Part shown: positions 20,812 to 32,115 of the stretch, piece after piece | Layout of the letters: every line of letters starts with the position of its first letter | Numbering within the stretch: the stretch's first letter is position 1 | NCBI GenBank assembly: GCA_049472315.1 | Contig: JBLIRN010000001.1 | Coordinates: 32,001 to 96,000, forward strand | Source: a bacterium | GTDB lineage: Bacteria > SZUA-182 > DTGQ01 > JAFGSM01 | Length of the DNA: 64,000 bases | Direction: 5' to 3' | The notes under the pieces: model-generated | Databases searched by the model: none | What the model saw: only the letters and a program-made list of their open reading frames with translations | Told to the model about the DNA's origin: nothing | Made by a program: the position numbers and the translations under genes

Positions 20812-21828
20812 CTATGTCTGCTCATGCGTTTGCCGAAACGGTTCGCCATGGGAATTGCTGCCGTTGGTACAGCCCGGCATCCGGACATCACCCGGGGATA
20901 GTTCCCGCCTCACGGCGCAGGGTGCTGTTTCCTCCTCACAGGCGGACTGTATGGTCGACTCAGTGATACGGTAGGTTCGGGCAAGATATCGGATTGCCTC
21001 CCCGACAAGCTCCTTGTGGCGCTGGTAGGGTATATGGTCGGAAAACCGGAAGTGTGAGGTGTACACGAGGATATCGGTGGAGATCGTCCACAGGTGGGCG
21101 CTGTGGATCTCGGTGATCTCCGGGAACCGTTTCATGAGATCCGCGTTAATGAGGTCGACATCCAGGCCCGGGGGAGCCATTTCCAGGAGCACACGGGTGG
21201 ATTCCTTTAATATCCCCCATGCCCAGAAGAGGATGAGGAGGGATATGCCCACGCTGACGAGGGGATCGATGATGTACCACCCGGTATAGACGATGGCGAA
21301 GCCTGCCAGAATGATCACCACCGAGGAGGCGAGATCGGCGATGATATGATAAAAGACGCTCCGTATGTTGAGATCGGTTTTATGGCTTTCCCCCAGTATG
21401 AAGATGCTCGCCACATTCACCCCCAGGCCTATCAGCGCGATCACCATCATTTCCAGGGTATGGATCTCCCTTGGGGACATGATGCGGATGACCGCCTTGT
21501 ACAGGATTATCCCCACCACGAGCACCAGGAACAATCCGTTCACGAATGCAGCCAGGATCTCGGCCCGGAACAGGCCGAAGGTTCTCTTCTCACACGGAGG
21601 TTTTCGTGCGATGAGGATTGCGGCGAGGCTCAAACCGATTGCAATGGTATGGGTCAGCATATGCCCTGCGTCACTCGTCAGGGCAATGCTGTGGGTAAGA
21701 TATCCCCCGACTGCCTCCACGACCATCACCGTGGAGGTGATGAGGAGTGCGAGGAGAAGCCTTTTCCCCTCCACCGAGCGGTATTCGAAGAGCACCTCGG
21801 CGGAAGGCTGGTGATTCGGGTGTTTCAT
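20812..21828 (-). CDS. cation diffusion facilitator (CzcD/ZitB-like metal exporter)
   Basis: SIALTSDAGHM, RTFGLFRAEILAA, NIRSVFYHIIAD, IDPLVS, HLW; GGAGG RBS before ATG 21828. Confidence 0.9.
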   Translation of the reverse strand: MKHPNHQPSAEVLFEYRSVEGKRLLLALLITSTVMVVEAVGGYLTHSIALTSDAGHMLTHTIAIGLSLAAILIARKPPCEKRTFGLFRAEILAAFVNGLFLVLVVGIILYKAVIRIMSPREIHTLEMMVIALIGLGVNVASIFILGESHKTDLNIRSVFYHIIADLASSVVIILAGFAIVYTGWYIIDPLVSVGISLLILFWAWGILKESTRVLLEMAPPGLDVDLINADLMKRFPEITEIHSAHLWTISTDILVYTSHFRFSDHIPYQRHKELVGEAIRYLARTYRITESTIQSACEEETAPCAVRRELSPGDVRMPGCTNGSNSHGEPFRQTHEQT

Positions 21829-22031
21829 GCACAGACCTCCTGTCGGAAGGGACTGGGAATGTCGGCTCGATATACTTTCCGATCGAGAGATCACGGCACC
21901 ACGAAAGGCGATTCCATACCGGCGCCTACAAACTGGCCTATGCACTATGCTATACTAAAATAGAGTATAAAAACAATCCCTATCCCCACCGCACCTTGGT
22001 GGTTCTCAGATGCACGAATGGGAGAGAATGT

Positions 22032-24365
22032 GTGAGTCGTAAACAATACATTCCGTTCATCATTGCGGTGGCTGCAGCGCTCGTGTTCCACGCCGGAATA
22101 TGCTATGCCTCCCATTTCCGGCCCACCGGAGCCTTCTCGGGGAGCCCCGCGTTCGAGAGCAAGTCACTCACCGTGCCTGCATGGCAATATCCGGAAACAG
22201 GGGAGGGCGATATCCTGGTCGACAATTTCGAATACTGGGACAGCCCTTGCAACCACGGGTGGAGACAGTACGAGCCCCCCTATCCCCTGTACGGATTCGG
22301 CATGGGATATGCCGTTCTCTTCGGAACAGTCCTGGATATGCGGGAAGGAAGCAGGGTGCTGGACGTGTACCGGCCTCCCTCGATATTTCTCTTAGGGAGG
22401 GAGTACGAACGGCACCGCATCTCGATCGAGCTCGCCACCCCTCCTTCCCCGGAACGGCATGAAGGCAGGGGATACATCGACCTCTCCGTACTTCCCGTCC
22501 TGAGCTTCAAGTTTCTGACGCCGCTGGCCCTTGACGCCTGGGAGATGTTTCAGTGCGACGTGCTGTGCAGGACCGAAAAGGGGCACCGGGTGACCGTTTC
22601 CATGAAGCCCGTCCAGGCCGCTGCGTACAGTTGTTCGCAGTGCGATTACTTTCCCACCGTGGTCGGGTTTTCGGACACCGCATCCCCTCCCTCCCTGTCC
22701 GTTCGAATCTCCCTGGGCCGTAATTTCACCGATGGCACCTGGCATGTCCTTTGGGTCAATCTCCCCGAGATGGTAAGGAATGCGGTGAACGAATACAACA
22801 GGATCCCCGGGGAACGGAAGGGAGACTGGCGGATCGTGCGGGCGGACACCCTCATCTTCTGCGGGCATAGATACCGCCTGGACAATATCATCTTCAGGAC
22901 GCAGGATTATTCACTCTATTCACAGAGGTATGCGGTGGATGTGATTGAGATCGGGCCCCTGTACGCCCAGCTCTTCGAGCCCTATCGGTTCCTCCTGTTC
23001 GCCAGCTACCGCGCCGATCACAGCATCAGGAACATCGATAATTTTCTCCTCGACCAGAACAACTTCATCTGCGATCCCAACTGCATCAGGGACACCTGGG
23101 AGGCCGATCTCCTGGCCCTCGATCCCGGCTACCATGCGATCGATGCCAGCAGCCTCCTGTACGATCCCGATTACACCCGCCGGTGGATGCCGGGGGATCC
23201 CAACTTCGGGATACCCGATCCGGTTGCGGAGCATTACCTGGGCAAGGGATTTTTCATCGACGCCACCCTGCCCCTTTTCGCCGACCAGCGGCTCAGGATC
23301 GCCGGGGACAGGAATGGGGAGCTTCACACACACGGGAGGCTCGGATGGAATTCCTCCATAGGCGGCTTTGGGGCAAGCGGTATCGACGCATTCCTCATTC
23401 GCCCCCTCCCCATCGATCCCTATGACGGCATGCCCACGTATATCGTGGACCGGTTCCTGACCATGCAGGCCATCGATACTTACGGCAGGGGCCACTTCGG
23501 GCCCGCACTCACCCATGCCCTGGAATCCGCCCTGTGGAACGCGGGGATGGAAGAGTGGCCCCATATCGCCTGCTTCGACTACGCCCCCCAGTACTTCGAG
23601 GACCTGATCGTGGCAGTGGAGGTGAGCAACAAGAACAAGGTGGAGAAGCTGGTGTTTCCCGTTTCCGTAGTGAATTACCCGGTCGAGAATTACCCCCCCG
23701 AGGTACAGGCGAGGATCTTTCCCCGGGTGTTCGATGTGGGGAAGGAAACCGAGTGCATCATCCTGTCGGTTGATCCGGATTGCTTCATATTCTCCCTCGC
23801 CCATCTCCTGGGAAGAACCCCTGCCACCACGCACCTTCCCATGCTCCCGGGGAACCGGATCAGGGACGATCAGGACAACCTCTACTACGAGATCTTTATC
23901 GAGGGATCGCACGCCTACCGGTACGGCCCCTGGATCGAGTGCGATGCCGACCCCTTCAGCGGCGTAGCCAGGCTGACCCCCAAATTCGAGGGGAACCTGC
24001 GGGTCATCACCATCTGCCGCGACCAGTTCGGCGGCTTCGACCAGGCGGCCCGCACCATCGTCTGCGTGAATCCGGGTACCTGGTATAACCATCCTCCGGT
24101 CATCACCGCACTCCCCAACCCCAGGATCATCAGGGCTGGTGAGGAGGTCGTGTTCAACGCCCGGGCCGAGGACCCGGACGGGGATGAGGTCTATGTCACC
24201 TGCAATATCGGATCGGTGGGGCAGGTGTCAAACGGGGACACCGTATGGACGTTCCAGACCAATTTCCCCGGCACCTACATGGTGGAGATCCTCTTTTTCG
24301 ATATCCGGGGCGGGTATGCCTCTGCCACCACAACCATTGAGGTAATCCCCTGGTGGTCCTTCTGA
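22032..24365 (+). CDS. secreted hypothetical protein with C-terminal Ig/cadherin-like repeats
   Basis: Signal-peptide-like N-terminus after GTG 22032; ENYPP..DPD and NHPP..DPDGD motifs. Confidence 0.7.
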   Translation: MSRKQYIPFIIAVAAALVFHAGICYASHFRPTGAFSGSPAFESKSLTVPAWQYPETGEGDILVDNFEYWDSPCNHGWRQYEPPYPLYGFGMGYAVLFGTVLDMREGSRVLDVYRPPSIFLLGREYERHRISIELATPPSPERHEGRGYIDLSVLPVLSFKFLTPLALDAWEMFQCDVLCRTEKGHRVTVSMKPVQAAAYSCSQCDYFPTVVGFSDTASPPSLSVRISLGRNFTDGTWHVLWVNLPEMVRNAVNEYNRIPGERKGDWRIVRADTLIFCGHRYRLDNIIFRTQDYSLYSQRYAVDVIEIGPLYAQLFEPYRFLLFASYRADHSIRNIDNFLLDQNNFICDPNCIRDTWEADLLALDPGYHAIDASSLLYDPDYTRRWMPGDPNFGIPDPVAEHYLGKGFFIDATLPLFADQRLRIAGDRNGELHTHGRLGWNSSIGGFGASGIDAFLIRPLPIDPYDGMPTYIVDRFLTMQAIDTYGRGHFGPALTHALESALWNAGMEEWPHIACFDYAPQYFEDLIVAVEVSNKNKVEKLVFPVSVVNYPVENYPPEVQARIFPRVFDVGKETECIILSVDPDCFIFSLAHLLGRTPATTHLPMLPGNRIRDDQDNLYYEIFIEGSHAYRYGPWIECDADPFSGVARLTPKFEGNLRVITICRDQFGGFDQAARTIVCVNPGTWYNHPPVITALPNPRIIRAGEEVVFNARAEDPDGDEVYVTCNIGSVGQVSNGDTVWTFQTNFPGTYMVEILFFDIRGGYASATTTIEVIPWWSF

Positions 24366-24548
24366 TCGGTATCCGTGATGCTCTTTTTTTCGATTGAGGC
24401 AACCCCCGATTGTGATGGTGTGGCAAAAGGTCATTTTACATACTGGAATCGCCTCGTTCTATTGTAGACCGACATGAATTACACTATAATCTGGGTGAGC
24501 CTGCTAACCGTGAACGCATCCCTCGCCGCTTGATCGAGGGGAGAAAGG

Positions 24549-24800
24549 ATGCCTATGATTGCCAGAATCTACATCACCCTGAAGCCCGGGGTCCTTGACC
24601 CCCAGGGGAAGACCATTCATCACGCACTCGGTTCCCTGGGATATGATGAGGTGGAGGGGGTGCGGCTCGGAAAATATGTGGTCATGCACCTGAAGGACGA
24701 AAATCCCGGCCAGGCGCGCAAGAGGATAGAGGAGATGTGCCGGAAGCTCCTGGCCAATCCGGTGATCGAGGAATACCGCTTCGAGATCGAGGGGGCCTGA
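24549..24800 (+). CDS. purS: phosphoribosylformylglycinamidine synthase subunit PurS
   Basis: [23 protein letters not shown]. Confidence 0.97.
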   Translation: MPMIARIYITLKPGVLDPQGKTIHHALGSLGYDEVEGVRLGKYVVMHLKDENPGQARKRIEEMCRKLLANPVIEEYRFEIEGA

Positions 24801-24802
24801 GG

Positions 24803-25504
24803 ATGCGGTGCGGGGTGGTGGTGTTCCCTGGATCAAACTGCGATCATGACTGCTACCATGTGCTGAAGCATGTCATGGGTCTGGACACGGGGTACATCTG
24901 GCACAAGGAGCGGGACCTCACGGGATACGACCTCGTGCTGCTGCCCGGGGGGTTCTCCTATGGGGATTACCTGAGGGCGGGGGCCATCGCCCGTTTCTCC
25001 CCCATCATGAACGAGGTTATAGCCTTTGCCAAGCGAGGGGGGCTCGTGCTGGGGATCTGCAACGGCTTCCAGGTGCTCCTGGAATCCGGGCTGCTCCCCG
25101 GCGCCATGCAGATGAACCGCGGGCTCAGGTTCATCTGCAGGTACGTGCACATCAGGGTGGAGAATGCCACCCTTCCCTATACCCGGGTGTCCGCACAGGG
25201 ACAGGTGCTCCGGATACCCATCGCCCACCAGGAGGGCTGCTACTATAACGACCGGAAGGCCATCGCCCAGATGGAGAAACGCGGTCAGGTGGTGTTCCGG
25301 TACTGCGCGCCCGACGGCTCTTTGGGCGACGAGGTCAATCCCAACGGTTCGGTGGGAAACATCGCGGGGATCTGCAACAGGCAGGGGAACGTGCTCGGCA
25401 TGATGCCCCATCCCGAGCGGTGTGCCGAGGCAGTGCTGGGCTCCCAGGACGGTATGCTGATCTTTTCCTCCCTCATCGGGAAGGGACTGGAGGTGGCGCG
25501 ATGA
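24803..25504 (+). CDS. purQ: FGAM synthase glutaminase subunit PurQ
   Basis: [32 protein letters not shown]. Confidence 0.97.
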   Translation: MRCGVVVFPGSNCDHDCYHVLKHVMGLDTGYIWHKERDLTGYDLVLLPGGFSYGDYLRAGAIARFSPIMNEVIAFAKRGGLVLGICNGFQVLLESGLLPGAMQMNRGLRFICRYVHIRVENATLPYTRVSAQGQVLRIPIAHQEGCYYNDRKAIAQMEKRGQVVFRYCAPDGSLGDEVNPNGSVGNIAGICNRQGNVLGMMPHPERCAEAVLGSQDGMLIFSSLIGKGLEVAR

Positions 25505-27714
25505 GTCCCACCGATATTCCCATCACCCTTGAATTGATCAGCCAGCACGGCCTGAGCCCCGACGAGTACGAGCGGATACGCTCCCTGCTGGGCAGGGAGC
25601 CCAGCTATACGGAGCTCGGCATCTTTTCCGTGATGTGGTCGGAGCACTGCAGCTATAAGAGCTCACGCGCCATCCTGAAGAAATTCCCCACTGAGGGTCC
25701 CCAGGTCATCCAGGGTCCCGGGGAGAATGCGGGGGTGGTCGCCATTGACGACGACCTCGCCATGATATTCAAGATCGAGAGCCACAACCATCCCTCCTTC
25801 ATCGAGCCCTACCAGGGGGCGGCCACCGGTGTGGGCGGCATCATCCGGGACATCTTCACCATGGGGGCGCGGCCTGTTGCCTGCCTCAATTCCCTGCGTT
25901 TCGGCCCCCTGGACCACCCCAAGAACCGCTACCTCATGACCCGGGTGGTCGCAGGCATTGCCGGATACGGGAACTGCATGGGCATCCCCACCGTGGGGGG
26001 GGAGGTGTGCTTTGAGGGGTGTTATTCCCAGAATCCCCTGGTGAATGCCTTCTGCCTGGGGATCGCGCGGAGGGAGCGCATCTTCTACGCACGGGCGAGC
26101 GGGGAGGGGAACCCGGTCATCTATGTGGGCTCCAGCACCGGCAGGGACGGCATCCACGGTGCCACCATGGCCTCGGAGGAATTCAACGAGCAATCGGAGG
26201 AGCGCAGGCCCACCGTCCAGGTGGGAGACCCCTTCACCGAGAAGCTCCTGCTTGAGGCATGCCTTGAGCTGATGAAGACCGATCACCTGGTCGGCATCCA
26301 GGACATGGGCGCCGCAGGGCTCACCTGCTCCAATTGCGAGATGGCGAGCAGGGGAGGGGCGGGGGTGGAGATCGACCTCGACCTGGTGCCCGCCAGGGAG
26401 GCGGGCATGACCCCGTACGAGATCATGCTCTCGGAGTCCCAGGAGCGGATGCTCCTGGTGGCCAAGGAGGGAAGGGAGCAGGAGGTGGAGGCGATATGCG
26501 CCAAGTGGGACCTGCACGGGGTCACCATCGGCAGGGTCACCGGAGACGGCAGGATGCGGGTGAGAAAAGGCGGGGGTATTGTGGCGGACATCCCTGCGCG
26601 GGCATTGAGCGAGGAATCGCCGGTGTACCAGCGGCCTCGAAAGATGCCTGCATATCTGGAGGAGGCCCAGGCCTGGAAGCCTGAGGACCTGGCCGAGCCC
26701 AATGATTACACAAAGGCGCTGGAAGGGCTCCTGGGATCGCCGGCGCTCGGGTCGAAGGCATGGGTGTACGACCAGTACGATCACATGGTCCGCATCAACA
26801 CCATACTCCTCCCCGGCGGGGATGCGTCCGTACTGAGGGTCATGGGCACCTCCAAGGGGATCGGAATGACCCTGGACGGGAACGGGAGATACTGCCACCT
26901 GGATCCCAGGATGGGGGGAATGCTTGCCGTTGCCGAGGCCGCGCGGAACCTGGTATGCACCGGCACGAGGCCCCTTGCCATCACCAATTGCCTCAATTTC
27001 GGGGACCCGGAGAATCCCGTGGTCATGTGGCAGTTCGATCAGGCGGTGGAGGGGATTGCAGAGGCCTGCAGGTATCTCAAGACCCCGGTCACCGGCGGCA
27101 ATGTCAGCTTCTACAACCAGACCCTGGGGGAACCGATCTTTCCCACCCCGGTCATCGGCATGGTGGGGGTGCTCCAGGATGTCCGGACGCTTACCACCCC
27201 CTGGTTCAAACGTGAAGGGGACCTGGTCTGTCTTATCGGGGAGCCGGGCGCCCATCTCGGGGGGAGCGAGTATCTCAAGGCCTTACATGGCCTTATCCTG
27301 GGGGCTCCTCCGCAGGTGGACCTCCCCTTTGAGATGAAGGTGCAGGCCGCATGCCTGCGGGGGATCGAACTGGGCATTGTCAAGTCCGCCCACGATTGCT
27401 CGGAGGGCGGCCTTGCAGTGGCGCTCGCCGAGGCCTGCTTCTCGCCGGACGGGCCGGTCGGGTGCGAGGTTACCTTGAATAACATAGAGCGGGCGGATGC
27501 CCTCCTTTTCGGGGAGACCCCTTCCCGGATCATCATCAGCCTCGATGAGCGGAGGATGCCTGAATGGGACCGGCTGGCCACCAAGATCGCGGTTCCCTGG
27601 CAGGTGATCGGACGGGTCGGCGGCGATCACCTCACCATCGGCCCCTGGATCAAGGCACCGGTGCGGAGACTCAAGTCCCTGTGGGATCAGGCCCTTGCCG
27701 GGAAACTGGGATAG
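25501..27714 (+). CDS. purL: FGAM synthase subunit PurL
   Basis: [39 protein letters not shown]. Confidence 0.98.
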   Translation: MSPTDIPITLELISQHGLSPDEYERIRSLLGREPSYTELGIFSVMWSEHCSYKSSRAILKKFPTEGPQVIQGPGENAGVVAIDDDLAMIFKIESHNHPSFIEPYQGAATGVGGIIRDIFTMGARPVACLNSLRFGPLDHPKNRYLMTRVVAGIAGYGNCMGIPTVGGEVCFEGCYSQNPLVNAFCLGIARRERIFYARASGEGNPVIYVGSSTGRDGIHGATMASEEFNEQSEERRPTVQVGDPFTEKLLLEACLELMKTDHLVGIQDMGAAGLTCSNCEMASRGGAGVEIDLDLVPAREAGMTPYEIMLSESQERMLLVAKEGREQEVEAICAKWDLHGVTIGRVTGDGRMRVRKGGGIVADIPARALSEESPVYQRPRKMPAYLEEAQAWKPEDLAEPNDYTKALEGLLGSPALGSKAWVYDQYDHMVRINTILLPGGDASVLRVMGTSKGIGMTLDGNGRYCHLDPRMGGMLAVAEAARNLVCTGTRPLAITNCLNFGDPENPVVMWQFDQAVEGIAEACRYLKTPVTGGNVSFYNQTLGEPIFPTPVIGMVGVLQDVRTLTTPWFKREGDLVCLIGEPGAHLGGSEYLKALHGLILGAPPQVDLPFEMKVQAACLRGIELGIVKSAHDCSEGGLAVALAEACFSPDGPVGCEVTLNNIERADALLFGETPSRIIISLDERRMPEWDRLATKIAVPWQVIGRVGGDHLTIGPWIKAPVRRLKSLWDQALAGKLG

Positions 27715-27826
27715 ACCGCGCTCCGATGCGGCCCGGAGGGAATGGCGCGGGATTTTCGGATGTGCACATCATGAAGGATTCCTGGTCCCTTAGCGCTGGA
27801 ATAATACATTGGAATATCGTAAAAGA

Positions 27827-29272
27827 ATGAACGGGGAAAATCGGATGCTCGGCCGGGAGGTGGAGCACAGCATTGCCCTGCGTGAACACTGTGGTGTGGT
27901 CGGCGTCTATAATCATCCCGAGGCGGCCAACCTGACCTACCTGGGCCTTTTTGCGCTCCAGCACAGGGGGCAGGAGAGTGCAGGCATCGCCTCCTGTGAC
28001 GAAGGCAGGATGTACATGGAGAAGGCCATGGGCAAGGTCGCCGACGTGTTCACCCGGGCCCGGCTCGCCCAGGTCCCGGGAAGGATGGCCATTGGCCATG
28101 TACGCTACTCCACCGCGGGGGAGAGCTCCATGGCCGAGTCACAGCCCATCATGGTGAAGTACGCCCACGGCACCATGGCGATCGCCCACAACGGAAACCT
28201 GATCAACGCGGAAAGGATCCGCTCGTTCCTGGTCGATGACGGGTCGATCTTTCAATCCACCACCGACAGCGAGGTCATCGTCCACCTTATCGCCCGCTCC
28301 AAGGCGGAGGGATTTCCCCAGAGGGTCATGGATTCCCTCTCCAAGATCGAGGGCGCCTACTCGCTCGTCTTCATGACCGAGAATCAGATGATCGGCATGC
28401 GCGACCCCCGGGGGTTCCGGCCGCTCGCCCTGGGCAGGATCGGGGACGGCTACTGCCTGGTCTCCGAGACCTGCGCCCTGGACCTCATGGACGCCACCCT
28501 GATCAGGGAGATCGATCCGGGTGAGATGGTGATCATCACGGATGACGGGGTGCGCAGCTTCAAGCCGTTTTCCCCGGAGCGGACGAGCTTCTGCGTGTTC
28601 GAATATATCTATTTCGCACGTCCGGACAGCACCATCCACGGTCTCAACGTCCACCTGACCAGGAAGGAATTCGGCAGGCAGCTCGCCCGGGAATCGAGGG
28701 TTGATGCCGATCTGGTGGTCCCCGTCCCCGATTCGGGCACCAGCGCGGCGCTCGGGTTTGCCGAGCAATCGGGTATCCCCTATGAACTCGGCATGATACG
28801 GAATCGCTACGTGGGCAGGACCTTCATCGAGCCCAAGCAGTCGATCCGGCACTTCGGGGTCAAGCTCAAGCTGAACCCGGTGAAGGAACTGCTCAGGGGG
28901 AAGCGGGTCATCGTCATCGATGATTCCATCGTGAGGGCCACCACCAGTAAAAAGATCGTGTCCCTGATCAGGGGGGTGGGCGCCCGGGAGATCCATATGC
29001 GCATCGCCTCCCCTCCCACCTCGTTTCCCTGCTATTACGGCATCGACATCCCCACCCGCCAGGAGCTCATCGCCTCATCCCACACCAAAAAGGAGATCAG
29101 CGATTTTATCGGCGCGGACAGCCTGGAATATATCTCGGTGGAGGGGATGAGACGCTCCGTTGGCCACATGGGCGAAAGGATCTGCTGCGCCTGCTTTACC
29201 GGCGAATACCCACTCCCCGTTGAGGAGGAGCGCTACGTCCAGCTCCGGCTCTTCGAAAAATACCAGGAATAA
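27827..29272 (+). CDS. purF: amidophosphoribosyltransferase
   Basis: Propeptide then CGVVG, QHRGQE, GHVRYST, VIDDSIVR PRPP loop, C-terminal Fe-S cysteines; start uncertain. Confidence 0.97.
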   Translation: MNGENRMLGREVEHSIALREHCGVVGVYNHPEAANLTYLGLFALQHRGQESAGIASCDEGRMYMEKAMGKVADVFTRARLAQVPGRMAIGHVRYSTAGESSMAESQPIMVKYAHGTMAIAHNGNLINAERIRSFLVDDGSIFQSTTDSEVIVHLIARSKAEGFPQRVMDSLSKIEGAYSLVFMTENQMIGMRDPRGFRPLALGRIGDGYCLVSETCALDLMDATLIREIDPGEMVIITDDGVRSFKPFSPERTSFCVFEYIYFARPDSTIHGLNVHLTRKEFGRQLARESRVDADLVVPVPDSGTSAALGFAEQSGIPYELGMIRNRYVGRTFIEPKQSIRHFGVKLKLNPVKELLRGKRVIVIDDSIVRATTSKKIVSLIRGVGAREIHMRIASPPTSFPCYYGIDIPTRQELIASSHTKKEISDFIGADSLEYISVEGMRRSVGHMGERICCACFTGEYPLPVEEERYVQLRLFEKYQE

Positions 29273-29492
29273 ACCCCCTATCTATTCTGTCCGCCTCTGA
29301 TAAAGATCCTCGTATATAATACCATTTCACATGACCTATCGTTCGGACGCAACCGTAGCAGGTTCTGCACCTATAGACCGGATCACTGTTCAATCTCACC
29401 CGCCGCAGAGGAACGCAGTAAATAGCGGTCACCACCCGGTAATGGGATGATTTATTCCCCCATCAATTTGCTTCCATATAATGAAGCCGTTA

Positions 29493-30380
29493 TCATCGGG
29501 AATTATTCATAAAAAAGGATTCTAACGTATAGCTGTGATTCCCTTTTTTGAGTTCCCGTTCTAAATTTAATTTGATTGGATTTTCAAAATCCCGTTTATA
29601 GTAGATATATATCTCTCCATTGGCTAGGTCATAGATAGTGGAGTAGATTGTTCCACATTCCTTTCCGCCCTCGGTTTGCTCATGTTGGGAAACCATTTTC
29701 AATATCGATGCAAAATACTCAATGGAAATCTCCGGCGGATTTTCCATCAGCTCCCTGACCGTATCATATCTCCCACACGGATAATTACCCAGTTCAGGGT
29801 GTGACAGCCAAAAATTGGTTATCACCTTATAGTCATTCTTTTTTCGTAAAATTTTCATTTCACCGTCAACCCATTCAACGACTGCAGAATCACCACTTCT
29901 ATCAACCAGCATAATATGGGATCGAATGAATGGGATAGTATATTGCCTAAGCCATTGTATGGCTTCATCCACTGTGGAACATTGTGCCAATAGACTCTCC
30001 GGCAAACCGAATGTTCCAATTCGCTTCCTAAAGGAAAACGTGGGAGGATGAGATTTGGGGCACAAGGCCCAGTCAAAAAACAATCCTTGATCGTTCATGC
30101 CTCCCTGGGCCTGTGGAAAGAACAGGCATCGGTTCCACCCAAAACAGACCCTTCCATAGCCCTTCTCGGTTGCAGGAACAAACCATATTTTGACCTTGGT
30201 TGAATATGCTCCATCCTCGTTATTCCCAACCAAAACCATATCGTCTCGATTGCCATTGAATATTGTACAGGTTGATGCAGTGCCATAACAAAAAATAAAA
30301 ACGATCAATATGGAAAGGGCGATTGCACCACGAATACGCAGGATTCGCTTTTCGATTTCACATGCTGGAACGATCTTCAT
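29493..30380 (-). CDS. secreted Ntn-hydrolase (choloylglycine hydrolase/C45-like), probable distal cassette
   Basis: Signal peptide then CTIF nucleophile Cys; GNNED, GGMNDQGL, ITNF. Confidence 0.8.
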   Translation of the reverse strand: MKIVPACEIEKRILRIRGAIALSILIVFIFCYGTASTCTIFNGNRDDMVLVGNNEDGAYSTKVKIWFVPATEKGYGRVCFGWNRCLFFPQAQGGMNDQGLFFDWALCPKSHPPTFSFRKRIGTFGLPESLLAQCSTVDEAIQWLRQYTIPFIRSHIMLVDRSGDSAVVEWVDGEMKILRKKNDYKVITNFWLSHPELGNYPCGRYDTVRELMENPPEISIEYFASILKMVSQHEQTEGGKECGTIYSTIYDLANGEIYIYYKRDFENPIKLNLERELKKGNHSYTLESFFMNNSR

Positions 30381-30398
30381 GATTTGTTGGCCAAAATT

Positions 30399-30779
30399 TT
30401 ACGAATTGTCATCCCGGCTTGATAACCACGCTTCTGCTTCTATTCTTTGGTCCCTACTAAATGCCTTGATTTCAAGACCTGGGAACAACGCACCCTCGAA
30501 TTCACTTACTTTCTTTAACCAGGTCTTGTCAGTCAAAACTGCTGCACGCCTGAATTTTTTCAAAAAACCAAACATAGAAGGAAGCCGAGAAAATTCTATT
30601 GTAATTGCTTCAAGTGAAGGAATATGGAAATCAATAACGTCATAAAGCATTTTGCCGTTTTCAATGTTCTCCGACTTACTGACAAGCTCGTCCAAGGCAA
30701 TTATCATATCCTCGGCATTTAACCTTCCGCTCATCTCAATATCCAAACGATTCGCGCCTTTTTGTATTATCTTAAACAT
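30399..30779 (-). CDS. STAS/SEC14 (SpoIIAA-like) domain protein, cassette
   Basis: SGRL..ED, RRAAVLTDKTW, EIKAF..AEAWL; GGAG RBS; cassette begins GTTAGTC at 30815. Confidence 0.85.
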   Translation of the reverse strand: MFKIIQKGANRLDIEMSGRLNAEDMIIALDELVSKSENIENGKMLYDVIDFHIPSLEAITIEFSRLPSMFGFLKKFRRAAVLTDKTWLKKVSEFEGALFPGLEIKAFSRDQRIEAEAWLSSRDDNS

Positions 30780-30808
30780 AAGCTCTCCTATTATTGAGCC
30801 CCTTATAT

Positions 30809-30901
30809 GACTAACCACGGGCATGCCCCTTGTGAGCAATTAGGAAGGAGTGCGCGTTTCAGGGCAGCTAAGCAAGGTCAGGGTGCACGCCGTTGTTCTC
30901 C
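30809..30901 (-). other. attC site after ORF6N cassette, L' box degenerate
   Basis: R'' GGAGAAC complements cassette start GTTCTCC; R' GTTAGTC; homologous to the intron-split attC. Confidence 0.85.
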
Positions 30902-30908
30902 GAAATTA

Positions 30909-31457
30909 TTATTTCTTTTTATCGGTAACTATGAAACCTATGGATCTCTTCTTTCCTCTTGGTTTCCGAGTATCTATCAATTTTCGAATTTCACGAACCA
31001 ATTGGATCAATACCTCATCATGGTCGCTCACACGCTTCTCCAATTGGTCGATTTTCCTTGATAGCTTCTCATTTGTCAGAGCCATTTCACGAAGACGAAC
31101 AAAGGCTCTGACAATAAAAATACTCATTTTATTAGCTTGTTCAGAGTTCAGCACATTTGCTGCCTGCAAGGCACCATGTTCCGTGAAAACCAATGGAGGC
31201 TTTCGTCGGCCACCCCAGCCGGAACTTGATATCGCAATTTGCGACTTCAAGTCGTCAAATTCTTTTTTGGTCAATTGGAACATAAAATCGGACGGAAATT
31301 TATCAATATTCCGACGCACTTGTTCGTTAAGGCGCCTTGTTTCAACGCCATATAGTGCTGCAAGGTCGGAATCCAATATGACCTTTTCTCCACGAATGAC
31401 CATTATGGTACTTAATATTCGTTTTTTGACGATAAGTTCCTTTGGACTTTCCGGCAT
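30909..31457 (-). CDS. ORF6N-domain DNA-binding protein, cassette
   Basis: IRGEKVILDSDLAALYGVET..LNEQVRRN..KFP.DFMFQL, FTEHG, IVRAFVRLR. Confidence 0.9.
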   Translation of the reverse strand: MPESPKELIVKKRILSTIMVIRGEKVILDSDLAALYGVETRRLNEQVRRNIDKFPSDFMFQLTKKEFDDLKSQIAISSSGWGGRRKPPLVFTEHGALQAANVLNSEQANKMSIFIVRAFVRLREMALTNEKLSRKIDQLEKRVSDHDEVLIQLVREIRKLIDTRKPRGKKRSIGFIVTDKKK

Positions 31458-31480
31458 TGCTTTTCATTCCTTTTTTTATC

Positions 31481-31551
31481 GGAGAACGTTATGATGAGGG
31501 GCTTGGTGGAGCGCCAGCGGAACCAAGTCCCTCTCCATCAATTCGTTCGGA
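31481..31551 (-). other. attC site (intact, 71 bp)
   Basis: TCCGAAC..GATGGAGAGGGACTTGG..CCAAGCCCCTCATC..GTTCTCC hairpin with extrahelical base; R'' matches cassette start GTTCGGA. Confidence 0.9.
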
Positions 31552-31593
31552 TTCCTCAATATCCTTCCATGCCCTGTAATCCTTGCCACGCAT

Positions 31594-31836
31594 TCAAGAG
31601 GGGCCTCCAGGGAATTCCAATTTGCAGGAACGACACACATATGTTGTAACCTTCTCATAAGCAGCACAATGACCAAGTAGGAGAAACAAGAAACCGATGA
31701 TTGGGCCGATGATTGTTGGGAAAGTGAAGATGATAAGCAATACGCCAATCAATTCAAAAAGACACGATCCCGCACCGGTCGCTCTTTTGCGTTTGGTTAT
31801 GCTTGTCAGCTTGTTTCCGCACTTTGGGCAATTCAT
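31594..31836 (-). CDS. small membrane Zn-ribbon (LITAF-like) protein, cassette
   Basis: CPKC and CRSC flank a hydrophobic hairpin; ATG 31836. Confidence 0.7.
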   Translation of the reverse strand: MNCPKCGNKLTSITKRKRATGAGSCLFELIGVLLIIFTFPTIIGPIIGFLFLLLGHCAAYEKVTTYVCRSCKLEFPGGPS

Positions 31837-31846
31837 GTTTCTTATC

Positions 31847-31905
31847 ATCCGAACGACCAGGCCCTGCCTTGCGAGCAATTAAACAGGAGTGTAAATTGAA
31901 GGCGG
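31847..31905 (-). other. right half of an attC site (truncated)
   Basis: ACTCCTGTTTAATTGCTCGCAAGGCAGGGCCTGGTCGTTCGGA matches the right arm of the attC at 38272-38352 with a 4-nt deletion; no left arm. Confidence 0.75.
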
Positions 31906-32088
31906 ATAGGAACCCATTAGCCAGAGGCACGGGAACTGCCGTTGGATTCATGTTGCAATGATGAGAGGCGCCTGCCCCAAATATCCATACGGTCTTTGGA
32001 GAATCTGCCAGAACTCTGACACGATCTCTTGGAGAAATGTATAAAATTTAACTGGTCATTGTCCGTGTATTACATTTTTTAATGTTTG

Positions 32089-32115
32089 TTGACTTATATT
32101 GCTATAATATATAAT
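32089..32115 (+). promoter_or_regulatory. candidate sigma70 promoter for the helicase gene
   Basis: Extended -10 TGcTATAAT (32100-32108); also TTGACT with a second TATAAT at 15-nt spacing. Confidence 0.4.

Noticed and set aside
29340..29490. Possible decayed attC after the Ntn-hydrolase gene (TGACCGC...GCGGCGGGTGAG)
   Set aside because: No matching R''/R' pair; too degenerate to call
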